From Amoebophrya sp. A120 (Eukaryota > Protista > Dinoflagellata): a DNA stretch of 64,000 nt. Location: NCBI GenBank assembly GCA_905178155.1, contig CAJINV010000004.1, positions 2,673,513 through 2,737,512 of the forward strand. The letters run 5' to 3'. Under the pieces are notes generated by a model that saw only the letters and a program-made list of their open reading frames with translations, ran no database searches and was not told the DNA's origin. Both the position numbers and the translations under genes were made by a program. This document shows, in pieces, positions 37,701 to 49,498 of the stretch (position 1 is its first letter; each line of letters begins with the position of its first letter).

Positions 37701-38129
37701 ATCGTGAAAAAGAAGTTGAAGTGTAGTGGTTGTCGTGAGAAAGAACAACGAAGAGGCTGTAGTTCCTACAGCGGAAGAAAAAAAGCTCGCGCAGGAGCTA
37801 CTTCCGGAGTCCTTCATCTCCTTGACGCGGAAGCGTCTCGACCACCGGGTGGAGACTTTTGATCTGTGCGGCTGAGGATGGTGTTGCGTCGACCGCCTGT
37901 GTGCGTTACCGTGAAAACTGGACATGAGCAAAGTCTTCTCGTCGTCCTGCTGGTCTTCGCAGCTACTCTGCAAAGAGGAACCAGCGACGGGCAAACTTGC
38001 CCGTGCTAGGGAATCTCTGTCCGCAGCATGACGATCACGATCATGAAGATTCCGAAACCGCACGGCACCGTCCAACATATTCGTTTTTGGGTTTGTTTCT
38101 TCGCTCAAAAAAGCTATAGTAGAGTGCAC
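34709..38129 (-). CDS. Class I SAM-dependent methyltransferase (Methyltransf_24-like) with long N-terminal region, 7 exons; start uncertain
   Basis: Spliced RVLEIGVAVG, YTGVDP, FDLIFIDGPHTY, KVKPLGILAGHDF, YYGMDGVWWW. Confidence 0.8.
34815..35022. mobile_element. Aged introner (TSD lost, GT-AG available)
   Basis: TATGGAACAGAAAGAG / CTCTCTTCTCTCATA; frame restored. Confidence 0.6.
35280..35436. mobile_element. Introner, family A
   Basis: TSD CGCGG. Confidence 0.92.
35561..35803. mobile_element. Aged introner
   Basis: Degenerate TIR; TSD CGGGT/TGGGT; frame DRRTQ|PLRVLEIG. Confidence 0.75.
35969..36288. mobile_element. Introner, family G
   Basis: TIR TATT(A/G)CA(G/A)TGAAAA(G/A)TGCCCCC; TSD CAGGG. 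Confidence 0.9.
36357..36507. mobile_element. Introner, family E
   Basis: TSD TCAGA/TCAGG; interior closely similar to 24492-24642. Confidence 0.9.
37320..37489. mobile_element. Introner, family A
   Basis: TSD GCTGG/GTTGG; right end GTA. Confidence 0.85.
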
Positions 38130-38601
38130 TTTTACGTCGACCTTGGTGATCCAGATCTAGTTCGTAGCTAGACTTTCCTATCGATAATTTTGATCGTGAG
38201 CGGTGGGGTGTTTTGTGGATCTGAAAACAACTAGCGTGGCAGTCAGATCGCGGGCAGATGATAGAGTAAGGGTGCGTCGGGGCGCCACCTCAGAGACGAA
38301 ACGACCAGGGGCAACAACAGAATTCAGTATATCAAAACATCTTCATGTGAAGTGAAGCCTCATCTTCTGCAAAAACAGAAGAAAAGGAAAACTCAGCCTT
38401 GGCACAAATTTACCAGAACAAGTCAGAAAACAACTCGCGAAGCTTTTGCCTGTTGCTTCTGTGCCACAACGAGCAAGCGACGACGGTACTGTGCCACTGA
38501 GACGTGGTCAACGCAGAATAGCTGCTGTTCTCTGCAGAGAGTTCTTTGTACATAGCCTTCATTTATTGTTCAAAAAATACTCTAAAGTCCGAAGCTACGC
38601 C

Positions 38602-41600
38602 TCAAGACGAACTTCGAAAGCAGATGCCGAAGGTCCCTCGAAGCGCGGCGCGGAACTGTCCGAACACCCCCGCTTTCTGGCTGTCCTTGCCCGCGTCTTT
38701 ATTTTTCGCCGCCGCAGCACCGAAGTCGCGGAGATATCGAACATCCCCAACCCGACGGGAGTAGACGACGTAAGTGTGTGTGAAGTAGAACGCGACCAGG
38801 AGCATGACGCCGGCCGCGGCGAGTATTCAGTACAAACATGTCTGAGTCTGCTGCTGGAGGAGTACGGCAGCGATTATGTTGGCTCACGCAGCAGCAGTAG
38901 TGTAACGAGAGTGGCTTGTGAAAGGTCTCTAAGGCTGCTTGCGAAAGCATCTTCACGAGTACAGGCTTTATTTAGGCGACGACTTCTCCATGGCTGTTTT
39001 GTGAGTGGAAAGCTGGCTTCTATTTGCGTAGCTGCAACAATTGAGAAGCTTTTGTGCGTCACATCACAATCTTCACAGCTTTTATTTTGTGTGCTTGGTT
39101 GGTGTCCCGCGCAAGCATGACAAATGCGATGCCGTCCTTTTTTCCAGACCCAGACATCATATCTGCAATTCATAGCGAGGAAGAAGAAGCCAAGTCGGCG
39201 GTTCCTTGAGCCCACCCAGGACGCTGTGCCGATGATGATTTCCTTGCTGAAGCTATCAACCAGGAATAAAGTGCATCACGTTCTTTCATAGCGGTTCGCT
39301 TCGTTCGCAGATTGCTGTAAGGGGGCATGACCAGGAATGTAGCTTGTAGTTTCATCGTGCATACTCCTGTGGTAGACAAAGTAAAAATTCAGTGTACAAT
39401 GGTAAGTGTCTCCACCTGTAATTATATGCGTTTATTGCAATGCGGATGTCGATGTTGAGTACAACCTAGTGCTGCATTTACATTTTTTCCTGTGATAAAT
39501 GTGCTCGCTGTTCTTGCTGCCGCGGTTGGTCTATCCTGTGCAAAAGTATCGTACTCGTAGTAATTGCAAACATGCATTACAAATCTTGTTCTCAAGCGAA
39601 ATCCGCATTACAAATTTTATTTCTCATCCTGAGGGAGTTTGTAATGCAATTATACGAATACGATACTTTTGCAATGCATATGGTCTTGAACCGACTGAAG
39701 ACCGTGAGCCGGATTTCCTTTATCACGAGAAAAAAGTGCTACAGTTACACACTTCTTGGAGTTCCTGCATCACAAATTTTCTCTGTGTGGCAGAGAAAAC
39801 TTGTAATGCGAAGATCATAAGGAAAAACAGGAAGGAAACGAGGCTCCCAAGCGTTTCCTGCATGAGACAGGTTGTCTGTGTTGCCGGTCTTGCATAGACT
39901 ATGTGTGTAACTGTCACACTTTTTTCTTGCGATATCCTTGTGCACGGTGGGCGTGGCCTCGTGCCCGGACTTGGCCACCTTGCCCCACAGCTTCGTGAAC
40001 ACGTTGGTGGCGGCGATGTGAAACCAAATGGTGAAAAATATCAAGAAGAAAAATTCCCCCTCCCCATATCAAAGCGGAAATCCGTGATGCAGATTTGCAG
40101 TCACGAATCAGCTTTGTCATGCTAGAAGGGAAAAGATGCGGACTGTAGTGCTGTGTGGCGTGGGGAAGTCTTGCATCTTCAGCATGACAGGAAGCAGCTG
40201 GAAGTGGGAAACAGCAAGCGAAGTTGCCTGCAAACGAGGCCACGACGGCGGCCCTTGGCCTTCTAGCATTGCAAGTCGATTTGTGTACTCAAATACAGCA
40301 TCACAAATTTCGTTTTCGATATGGGGTGATGGGATTTTCCCTTTTGATAAAAAGCGGCGACTCGACCCCCCAGCGCCTGTTCTCGCGCAGTTCGTACTGG
40401 CGCGCCTGTTATGCATTGCAAATTATTATATCTGGGTCTGGGAAAGTGCCGGGTTTGTCATGCTCTGGTAGCACGACTGTCAAGTCTGTCATGCAAGGTA
40501 CTCAAAAGCGCCACTTTTGTGTCATGCAAAGACCCAGTTTCTCATGCAGAATAGGCAACACCTAGCGACTCAAAAACCTGTCATGCTGAGCCGTCATTTC
40601 TGGCGTTCTCTCGAGTCGCCAGCCAGCATCACAAGTTTCCGGACCCAGACATATTTGCATTTCATACCTGTGAAATCGTGGTGGTCGCCGGAGCGACTGT
40701 ATCCTGTGCAAAAGTATCGCACTCGTATTGGAGTTATGCATTACAAATCTTCTTCTTAAGGTAAATCAGCATTACAAATTTTATCTCTCATGCTGAGGAA
40801 ATTTGTAATGCATTTATACGAGTACTTACGATATTTTTGCAAAGCATAGACTGAGGTGGAGGTGGTGGCGGTACTAGATGATGTTGAGGACGACGTCGTG
40901 CCCGCAAGTGGTCCCGCGGTCGGGCTCGCGGCGGTTACCATGTGGCTTCCGGTCCACTGGGAGCACTGCTTCCGTTCGTACGACCGCTGGTAGTTGTCGG
41001 TCTGGGCGGTGTTGGTGTTGTTCCAGTTGACCGGAACCGCATCTGGGTCCTCCGTGCTGGTAAACAAACAGTTGGCCGCTGGGTCGGTGGGCCGAAAGGG
41101 GCCAATTTTTTGCTCGGTGCCCGCGTCGTCGTCCTCAATCTTCCATTCTCCCGGGCGGTTCAGCTCGTAAGGCCCGCAAGCGTACTGGCGCGTCTGCGCG
41201 TAATTCGGGTTGGCCGGCTCTTTGCGCGCCAGGTACAGTGGCGGCACCTGCACCGAATAGCCGAACTCGTCCGCCTGGTGCTTCTGCACACACTGTATGC
41301 AATTAAAATCTCCATCCCCGCACTTGTACAAAATGTATCACGACGAATTTCACCAACTAACTATAGTTAGAAGAAGCAACGTGTGATGCTGAACAGGCCT
41401 CTTGAAGAAAAAGTTAGTCATGCCAGCAAAGCCACATAATTTCTACGTCGCGCAGTACGGGAATTTGTTTACTGCGGATCATACACTGCACCGGCGGGAA
41501 CGAGCGCACCACCCACATGTCGACGCCCTCCTCGTAGGTGGGCACGTAGTCAGATATCCACAGAAAAAAACCCATCCACACGATTTTTTGCATGACAAAC

Positions 41601-44358
41601 ACAGAATTTTATGTATGTTTTGCATGACAAATTGGATGCGGATGGGTGTTTTTTCCTGGATATCAGACCCGGTGCTGCTCCGGCGATAGTCGGGCTTCAT
41701 CTGGAAAAACTGCCCGCTCTCGATCTCGGGCTCCTTCCACCCTATGGAATCCACATCCTGTAGCAGCTCGATCTTTCGCCACTTTCGGCTTGTCGTGGCA
41801 GAAACCTGGCCCCCGGGCGCAGCAGCACTGAGATACAAGGAGGCGTAGTCGCTGGTGGCGTTGCTCTGGCCCTCCGGGAGGTCCTCCATCAGGATTTCGT
41901 CGTTAAAAGCGTGCTATCACGTGCAAAAGTATCGGACTCGTAGTAATGATCTTCGCAACTACTATATATAATGCATGACAAATCTCCAGCTCTCCCAAAA
42001 TAAAAAAAAAAAACAGCATGACAAATTTCCTGTGTCGTGCTGAGCACCTAATTTGTACTATTGCAATTCGACGAGTAGGAGTGCGATAATTTTGCAATTC
42101 ATACGTGCTTCCCGATCAGTCCGCAAGGGTAGCGCAGCACCGTGTCTCCGTCCGCGTTTTTTTCGTACAGGGCCTCGGCGTATCAAATGCAAAAATGTCA
42201 GGGTCTGGAAGATTGCCAGGCTTGTCATGCATATTCTGCATGACACATGAGGTCTGTAATGCATGCACTAGCGTCACAGATTTTGAGAGGGCTTCCTAGT
42301 GCCTATTCCGCATGACAAATGCCCTATCCGCGGCGCACAAACTGGAGTCCTGTTGCTGGTCACCACGCAATACAAATTTCTTTTGAATGCAGAGACAGCA
42401 TCACAAGTTTAGAATCTTCCAGACCCGGACATATTTGCAATGCATACGGCGCAAGACTCGCCCGCGGCGGCGGCCTTGCGGTACTCGTCCGGCGTCGTGT
42501 AGGTGGACACGGAAAGCTGCGTGACGTCCTTGCTGTACACAAACCGGCGGAGATTCTGGTGGAAGCCCCGCATCCCGTAGTACACGTACAAGTCCTCGTC
42601 GCCCGGCACCGGCTCCTTCAGCTTCAGCCGGACCTGAAAGGCGGTGTATCATTTGTAAAAACGTCGCCACCCCAGAGTCAAGTTGGGGATTTTGCAACAC
42701 AAACCTTGAAGTTTTGGGAACCACGCATGACAAATTGCAGGCTGTAGTGTAGTCCAGTTTAGCAAGGGAAGTTGCATAAACAAATCCATCTTTTCATCCT
42801 GTTTTAAGTTTACAGCATTACAAGTTCCAAAACACAGTGGGAAATCGAAATGCCTCTCAAAGGGATGCGCATTACAAAAAACAAACGCTCTTGTGCTTGC
42901 AGATCTGCATGACAACTCTGGGGTGGGGATGTTTTTACACAGGATACGGTGGTCTTAAACTTCTCCTTGTCCGCGTTGGGGTATGAAAGTGCACAAGCCC
43001 CTGCTCTTCCCCATATTTGTATTGCATGGACAACTCAATACAAACGCTCGCACCTGTGGAGCCAGATGTGCACGAATGCGCATAATGTAGTACGGCTTGG
43101 GCTCCTTCCGGAATCTGCCAACATCCAAACAGTACCACTGAGCAGCACTAGGATTTGGTATTTTGCATGACAAATGAGGGCGGGGAGGGGGTGGAGTTGT
43201 GCACTGTCATATGGGGCCGGAGCCACCGACCTTGTCGATGAAGGTCGCGACGTTCTCTACGACAACGTGGACGGGGTCATTTTCCAAAAACGCACTCCCG
43301 TCGGATACGATGAGCCGCTGCGGCGACGTCGCCCCGTCCATTCCGGTGTAGTCAATGGCAACCCGGAGGACGTTCGCGACACTGGCGATGATGGAAACGC
43401 CGATGATGAGCAGAAACAAGGACACTGCGTAGGTGAGCCGCACCACGAGCCGCGGCGTCATCAAAGGATGCCAGGACTTCAGCTTCTGTTGCGTGAATAT
43501 GCACTGCAAAAGTATCGTACTCGTAGTAATTGCGAACCTATATCCGCGTATACAAATTTCATTTTTCATGCTGAGGGTATTATTTGTCATGCGATTTCTA
43601 CTAGTACGAGGCTTGTTTTGCATTTCATAGTGAACCGCCACCAACAGCTTTTCACGCTAGCATTTGTTGACGTTCGCACACGCTCCGGCAGCGAGACGTT
43701 CGTCGACGACCCAGAGGTAGTATGAATTGCAAAAGTATCGCACTCGTATAAATGCATTACAAATTTCCGCAGCATGATAAATAAAATTTGTAATGCAGAT
43801 TTGCCTTAAGACAAAGATTTGTAATTCAAGACTTGCATTTATACGAATACGATACTTTTGCACAGGATAGGTAGCGGTCGCCGCGGACTGCTGGTTTGGG
43901 GGCCTCGTTACTATGTTGTTGGGCGGTGGAGGATTTATCAAGTCACTAGCACTACCCTCAGGAGCCGTGATGTTTCTTGCACGCAGAACATCTTCTTGAT
44001 CAATGCCATCGCTCGCTGCATAATGGTCTCGACCTTGGTCGCTGTCACGCGGCAAGTTTGGTGGCTTGATGGCCGAGGCAGAGAGCTCCTTGAGGTGGGC
44101 GCCACTCGACGTAGTTGCACTCGCTTTTGTCTCCCTATTTCCAGCTGTGGGGCTCGCTGCTCTCGGCATGGCGGGCTCCGGCTCGGGTGAAGCAAAGTGC
44201 TGGTCACCAGCAGTCAGGTCACTGCTTGGAGGAAAGGCCTGCTGATCGTGTTCCGCCTCGCCCGCCGCGGGAGAAAGCCTTATGTTTGGCGAGGTTAAGG
44301 TCGGGGTGCGGTCTCGAAACTCCTGGACCACGTCCGGCGCTGTCATGATGCTCGACAT
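38602..44358 (-). CDS. CDC50: CDC50/LEM3 family (P4-ATPase flippase beta subunit), 16 exons
   Basis: FTQQKLKSWHPLMTP + TM1; LYVYYGMRGFHQNLRRFVYSKDVTQL; FTIWFHIAATNVFTKLWGKV; KEIIIGTASWVGSRNRRLGFFFL + TM2; RRVGDVRYL. Confidence 0.9.
38824..39174. mobile_element. Introner, family C (long)
   Basis: TSD GCGAG. Confidence 0.88.
39254..39497. mobile_element. Aged introner (TSD lost)
   Basis: TATCA..CAGGAA..AA.TGCA.CAC TIR; removing the element plus 5 nt gives SEH(I)|SKEIIIG. Confidence 0.75.
39532..39680. mobile_element. Introner, family A
   Basis: TSD TGGTC. Confidence 0.92.
39721..39934. mobile_element. Introner, family J
   Basis: TIR TATC.C.AGAAAAAAGTG..ACAGTTACACA; TSD TCCTT. Confidence 0.92.
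40039..40349. mobile_element. Introner, family I
   Basis: TIR TATCAA.A.G.AAA.TCCC..C.CCCCATATC; TSD AAAAA/AAAAG. Confidence 0.88.
40410..40666. mobile_element. Introner, family C
   Basis: TSD CCTGT (sense ACAGG permits GT-AG). Confidence 0.9.
40700..40848. mobile_element. Introner, family A
   Basis: TSD GACTG. Confidence 0.92.
41296..41483. mobile_element. Introner, E-related
   Basis: TSD CACTG; TAT..ATA ends. Confidence 0.85.
41555..41662. mobile_element. Introner, family H (108 bp)
   Basis: TIR TATCCA..GAAAAAA..CCCATCC; TSD TCAGA. Confidence 0.92.
41915..42103. mobile_element. Introner, family A
   Basis: TSD CGTGC. Confidence 0.88.
42181..42446. mobile_element. Introner, family C
   Basis: TSD CGGCG; interior similar to 13325 and 47880. 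Confidence 0.92.
42647..42946. mobile_element. Introner, family F
   Basis: TSD CGGTG; interior similar to 25316. Confidence 0.92.
42982..43211. mobile_element. Introner, family B
   Basis: TSD TGGGG. Confidence 0.92.
43498..43629. mobile_element. Introner, family A
   Basis: TSD GTGAA. Confidence 0.92.
43721..43869. mobile_element. Introner, family A
   Basis: TSD GGTAG. Confidence 0.92.
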
Positions 44359-44699
44359 GAGAGCGGATGGAGAATGTTCTTTGTGAAGATTGCAATATTA
44401 CGTCGTGTAAACCTAAACAATTCATTGACGTACGTCAAAATTTATTGGCTGTAACTGTAAGTATCTATAATAACTCGCGAAAATTAAATTTTTCTTTTTG
44501 TTTTTGATAGATAAACAAAGACCGCCAACCAAGAAAGATACACGACACAACGAACAGACCGATCGTGCGGAATGAACATATGTACTTAACTTACGCCCCT
44601 TGCCAGTGAAGATGAAAACATCAAATCCGGCATCTTCACAATAGACCAACTAGCCTTGAATTTTTCATGCGTAGCTGCGTATTGCAGTGCGTACGCCAT

Positions 44700-44749
44700 T
44701 CACTTTTAGCATTACAAGTCTCCAGACCCAGACATTTTTGCAATCCATA
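44700..44749. mobile_element. Solo right end of a family C introner
   Basis: AGCATTACAAGTCTCCAGACCCAGACATTTTTGCAATCCATA with no matching left end found. Confidence 0.7.
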
Positions 44750-46921
44750 CCAGGTCTAGATGAACAACGTCAACATCGCCAAGTTGAAGCTCATCGCGAT
44801 GGTACTCACCCTTCCTCGTAGCTGCGACTGCTGTTTCAGAATGAAAAGACGTCAGACATCATGAACTGTTTTTAGCAGGCTTTTGATAATTCCTTTTGTT
44901 GTAAATAATTTTGATAATTCATCTGGCAGGCTGTTGGTACTAATTTGTTTCTTTTTCTATATTATCTCGCGAAAATTAAATCTTGTTTTAGATAACACGA
45001 CAAAACTACGAACAAAACGCTCGTGCAGAACACTATATCAAACAGCGACTCAGTAGCGGCCTGCCTCATGGTAATTGGATGTTGTTCTGTTCAGCAAAAT
45101 AACCATACGAGCATGTAGTTGCCATTGACAGCAAAGATAAAAACACATTCTCCGTTCAGGCATTCCTAATTTGATCCACATGAGGGCGTGGTGAAGATCC
45201 GCATGAGCATTTACCTGGGAAGATGTAGCTTCAAAACTGATCAGGTATGATGTTATCGCCGTGGTTGTATCGTGCACTATAGGAGACACGACAATAACTC
45301 CGCCAACGTAAGTAACCAAGCACGCACTAGAGGTAGCGTAACTAACGTCGAAATAGAAGAAGAAGAGAAGAGAACCAACAGCACAACTTTATTCTGCACC
45401 TTCTGAAAAGGATGAACACCAGCGCCTGCAAGCAACTTCTGGAGAGTCGGCATGACGAGGAGCAAGATTCGGGGAGGTTCTTCTTGCGTTTTCATTTTTG
45501 AAGATCAGTGGAAAATAATCTTGTATACAAGAAGTTCGTGGTCGGGTAGGAGCTCGTCTTGCGTGCGAGAGGAAAAGGGAAATCAAAATCATCGTCTGCG
45601 GTAGTTCTTTTATATTTCGCGTGGACAATTTCTCAATATAGAATTACGAGACGAATTCTACGATCAACAAAGCAAAATAGAAACTAAATATTACAGAGGA
45701 GAACCACTTCTCATGCAAAGAAGACATAGAGCCACTGGCAGCGAAGTAATGATTCAGTTCGCAGTACTAACTAGTAGAGGAAATCCGACCGCGACCTCGT
45801 CCCATAATTTGCTATCGGGTGAGCAGTCCACCAAGAAAGGACCGGAGTTTTTGTGCAGCGCGGGCCATTTTTCTTTGATGCGCAATTCCAAAATATAGCC
45901 TCTTATCAGCGGCAAGAATGGCGATGTTGGTCACAAAATCTCAGATGGAGATGCGGTTAGTTTGGCAGAAGTCGCGGCCAATAGTTTCGCTTGGCTGCAA
46001 TAGCTACCCAAGCTCCAGGCTTTGGTACAGAATACTCAAAAGTGTTCGTAGCTACGCAATTCTTTTTAGCTTTCGATTTTCACAACTACGAGTGCGAAAA
46101 CTGTTGTTGCTTTTTACTTTATCACTTTGTTCCTAGTTTTAATTGTAATTTCAATTTCTACTAGTACTAGCTCATTCGCTACACACTGCAAGCGCCTCGC
46201 TGCATTTACATTTTTTTTCCATACAGCTCTACACGAACAATAATCTTCAACCTTGAAGCGGTAGTTGCTGAGGTGGCAGAGGCTGAAAATTATGGAATGA
46301 TAGGAAGATTATACTATAGGGAGATATAATAATTAAAATGAACACGACCGGATAATTATTTGAAAGGCAAAAGGAAAAATCGTCCTGGCTACTTCCTCAG
46401 GTGGGCGAACAATGGGTAGAGTAGTTGCTTGTAGTAGTGGGTTTCTATGGCATCAAAACTCAAAATTAATAGTCCACTATTGTATCTGTAAGTTCTTGAT
46501 CTTCCGGTTCAGCTTCAGGTTGAACTAGAAGATAGTCTTGGTTCATCTTCCGGCGATTTGTTCACTTCACAAATGGCTAGCTGCACACAATTATCCCGGA
46601 TGGTGATGAACCAGATCGACGTATTAAAATAAATGAGCCAAAAGTACATTGTGCAAAGTGGTTTAGAAGTTCTTATGGCACTAGAGAAAGAGAGTATGTC
46701 GAGGTCGAACAGCGGCGCCGTGGCTGTCCAACGCAAACACTCGGTAAGAGACAAAAACTACAACTCCACACGATCATGCTCGTTATCACGTAAAAGGTGG
46801 AGGTATTAGAACTTACTACACATCAAGTATCAATAAAATTCATCGAAACAAAGCTGAACTTCAAACAATTTGCTTTTATATTTTGCACAGCGCAAGAACA
46901 TGATGATCACAATGAAAGAAC

Positions 46922-49498
46922 CTAGACCCGGCTCATTCCGCAAATGATCAGCGGTCGGCACGTTTGGTCCGTGTGCTGTTGATGTGCGGCGGCACCAGCA
47001 CGACCGTACAGCGCCGTCCCCGCCACAGAGAGGTCGAGCATTCGTGCAGCGGTTCCACTATGAACTGCAAAAGCATCGTACTATAGTATAAATTGCATTA
47101 CAAATTACTCCTTAGCATCAGAATGAAATGGAATTTGTAATGCGGATTTGCCTTCAGAAAAAGATTTGTAATGCATGACTGCAATTACTACGAGTACGCT
47201 ACTTTTGCACAGGATATCCACCTCTCGAGAGTCCGGGTCCCGAGGTGATGGTCCACGCGTCCGGTCGCTCCAGTTGTCCGTTGCGCATGGTTATGCATTG
47301 CAAAAGTATCGCACTAGTATAAACCGCATGACAAATTTGTTCAAGAAGAAAATTGGAATCTGTAATGCAGATTCAGACAGGAAAGCAGCTTTCTCATGCA
47401 TACCTGCAATTCATACGACTACGATACTTTTGCAGTGGATAATGGTCCAGTGCTCAGCGGAGAGGTCAATTTGATGCCGTTGGTTGTTGTAGTTGTATCG
47501 AGTTGCTGTCGTGCGACCACTAGAGGACGACGAGGATGCCGCAGTTGTTGTGCTGGCTTGGGCCAACACTCCACTTGTTCTAGTGCAGCTCGTAGAGTCG
47601 GTTGTAGTTCCACCGCCCGTTGCAGCGCTGGCGGTGCTCGTCGTCGTTGTCGTCGTCGTCTGCACGCCCCCTTCGCTGCTTGATGTTGTGCGCAAACCAG
47701 AAGAGGTGGAACAACAGCAGCTGCTGATATTACCGTACAGAGGACTGCTGTTGGTCCTCTTGTCCTTTCCAGTAGCTCTTTCGTCATCCCCCGAAGACGA
47801 AGAGGAGTCGTCTTCTTCGGATGTGGTGGAACTTGGGTAGGACGTGCTGGCCCCGGAAAAATCGTACAAGTTGCAGCCATATCAAATGTAAAAGTGTCTG
47901 GGTCTGGAAGATTCTGAGACTTGTCATGCCTGTTTTGCCTGGGCCATAATGTCTGTGATGCATGCCCTAGCATCACAGACTTTTTGAGGGCTTCGTGATG
48001 GTGCCTATTCCGCATGACAAATGCCCTCTCCGTGTAGCAAAAATTCCACACCACTCCCTTTGCTGCTCATGCAATACAGATTTTTGTGGAATCCAAATTC
48101 AGCATCACAAGTTGCATTCTTCCAGACATCCAGGGATTTTTACATTTGATAAGCCATCGATGCTGCAGTCGCCCTCGTAGTAGATGGATTTCTGCTCGTA
48201 AAAGTCGTGCTGGTTCTCCCGGGAAAACAGGATGCCCTCCAGCTCGTCCTCGTCAAACAACTCCGGAATAGTCAGTTCTTGATCATGTGATGTAGAAGTA
48301 GGGGTCGCGATTTTTAGGCTTAGGGAGGTAGAAGCTTGTAGTTGATTTTGGGGTGCGGGTGCCGACGTCGAAGTAATTCTGGCCGTTTTCTTCATATTCA
48401 TTCCTTTTTTCGTGGCAGAACAAGAAATAGTCTTCAGGTCACGATTATCAAATGCAAAAGTGTCTGGGTCTGGAAGAGTCATGCTGTTTTTGCATGACAC
48501 AGAAGGTCAGGCATGGAAGCTCTAGCATCACAGGTTTCGAGAAGCTTCCGCAATGCCGAATCCGCATGACAAATCTTCCATTTTGGTGACAGAAAGTGGG
48601 CAGCTTTTGCCACCTATGCGTGAGAGATTTTTCTGTGTTCTGAAATGCGCATCACAAGTTTGTATTCTTCCAGACCCAGACATTTTTGCAATTGATAACG
48701 ATCTTCATCTTGTTCCTCATCCTCGTACGTCGCCCCATTATCACTGCTTGTTCCGTGGCTGCTCGACCGCTCCGTGGCGGCGTCGAGAGCGGGAACTTCT
48801 CCGGATCGTTCGCTGCTGAACCCAAAGGATGAAGCACGTTCTTGCAGCTCAGATGATGCGGAAACTGCACGACCAGCAGCGGTTTCCTCGTCGTCTTGCG
48901 CAGCCGAAAGCGAACCCGCAGTTCTTGTCGTCTCCTGCTGCTCCACACTACTACTGGTAGCATTTGTTCCCTGCTGCTGCTGTTGCTCCATGAGGCTCAT
49001 GTGCGGGAAAAACACCACGACATTGCTGTTACGGTCGTGGAGACGGAAGATGTGGTTTCGGTAGGTGTAGTCGAACAATTCATTTGACAGAACGTGCTCC
49101 GAAAAAACCGGTCGCGAGCCCAGCAGGTCCAGCACCGTCGGATCAAACTGAGACGCAGAAAAACCGCCACCCAACGTGGAGGTGGTGGACGATAATCCAC
49201 CGTTTAATAAATTCGCAAATGGCGCGGACTCATTCACACTCAATCGGTTGCGGACCACCGCCGTCGTGGTGGGAGTTGTTGTCGAATTCGTTGTATCAGC
49301 TCCGACCCCTCCTTGCTGCTGCTGCTGCCGTTGTTGTCCCCGCTGCTCAGCCTGTTCCTGCTGCTGCAGGTACTCGGGCAGCCAGTGGTAATTCTCGTAG
49401 ACCTGGGTCCAGTGCGAATGCACGACCACGGCAAAACCAGACGCCTTCGGGACGAGAAGGTGGGGGGAGATGCCGGGAACTACGGGAAGAAGCGGCAT
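46922..49498 (-). CDS. Hypothetical protein, at least 5 exons; may extend to ~49700
   Basis: Frame continuous after removing four introners (EDR|DLK, IDG|CNLYDF, HWT|MRNG, SRGG|TAAR); no family recognised. Confidence 0.6.
47059..47216. mobile_element. Introner, family A
   Basis: TSD TCCAC. Confidence 0.92.
47292..47441. mobile_element. Introner, family A
   Basis: TSD ATGGT. Confidence 0.92.
47880..48151. mobile_element. Introner, family C
   Basis: TSD AGCCA. Confidence 0.92.
48446..48697. mobile_element. Introner, family C
   Basis: TSD ACGAT. Confidence 0.92.
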
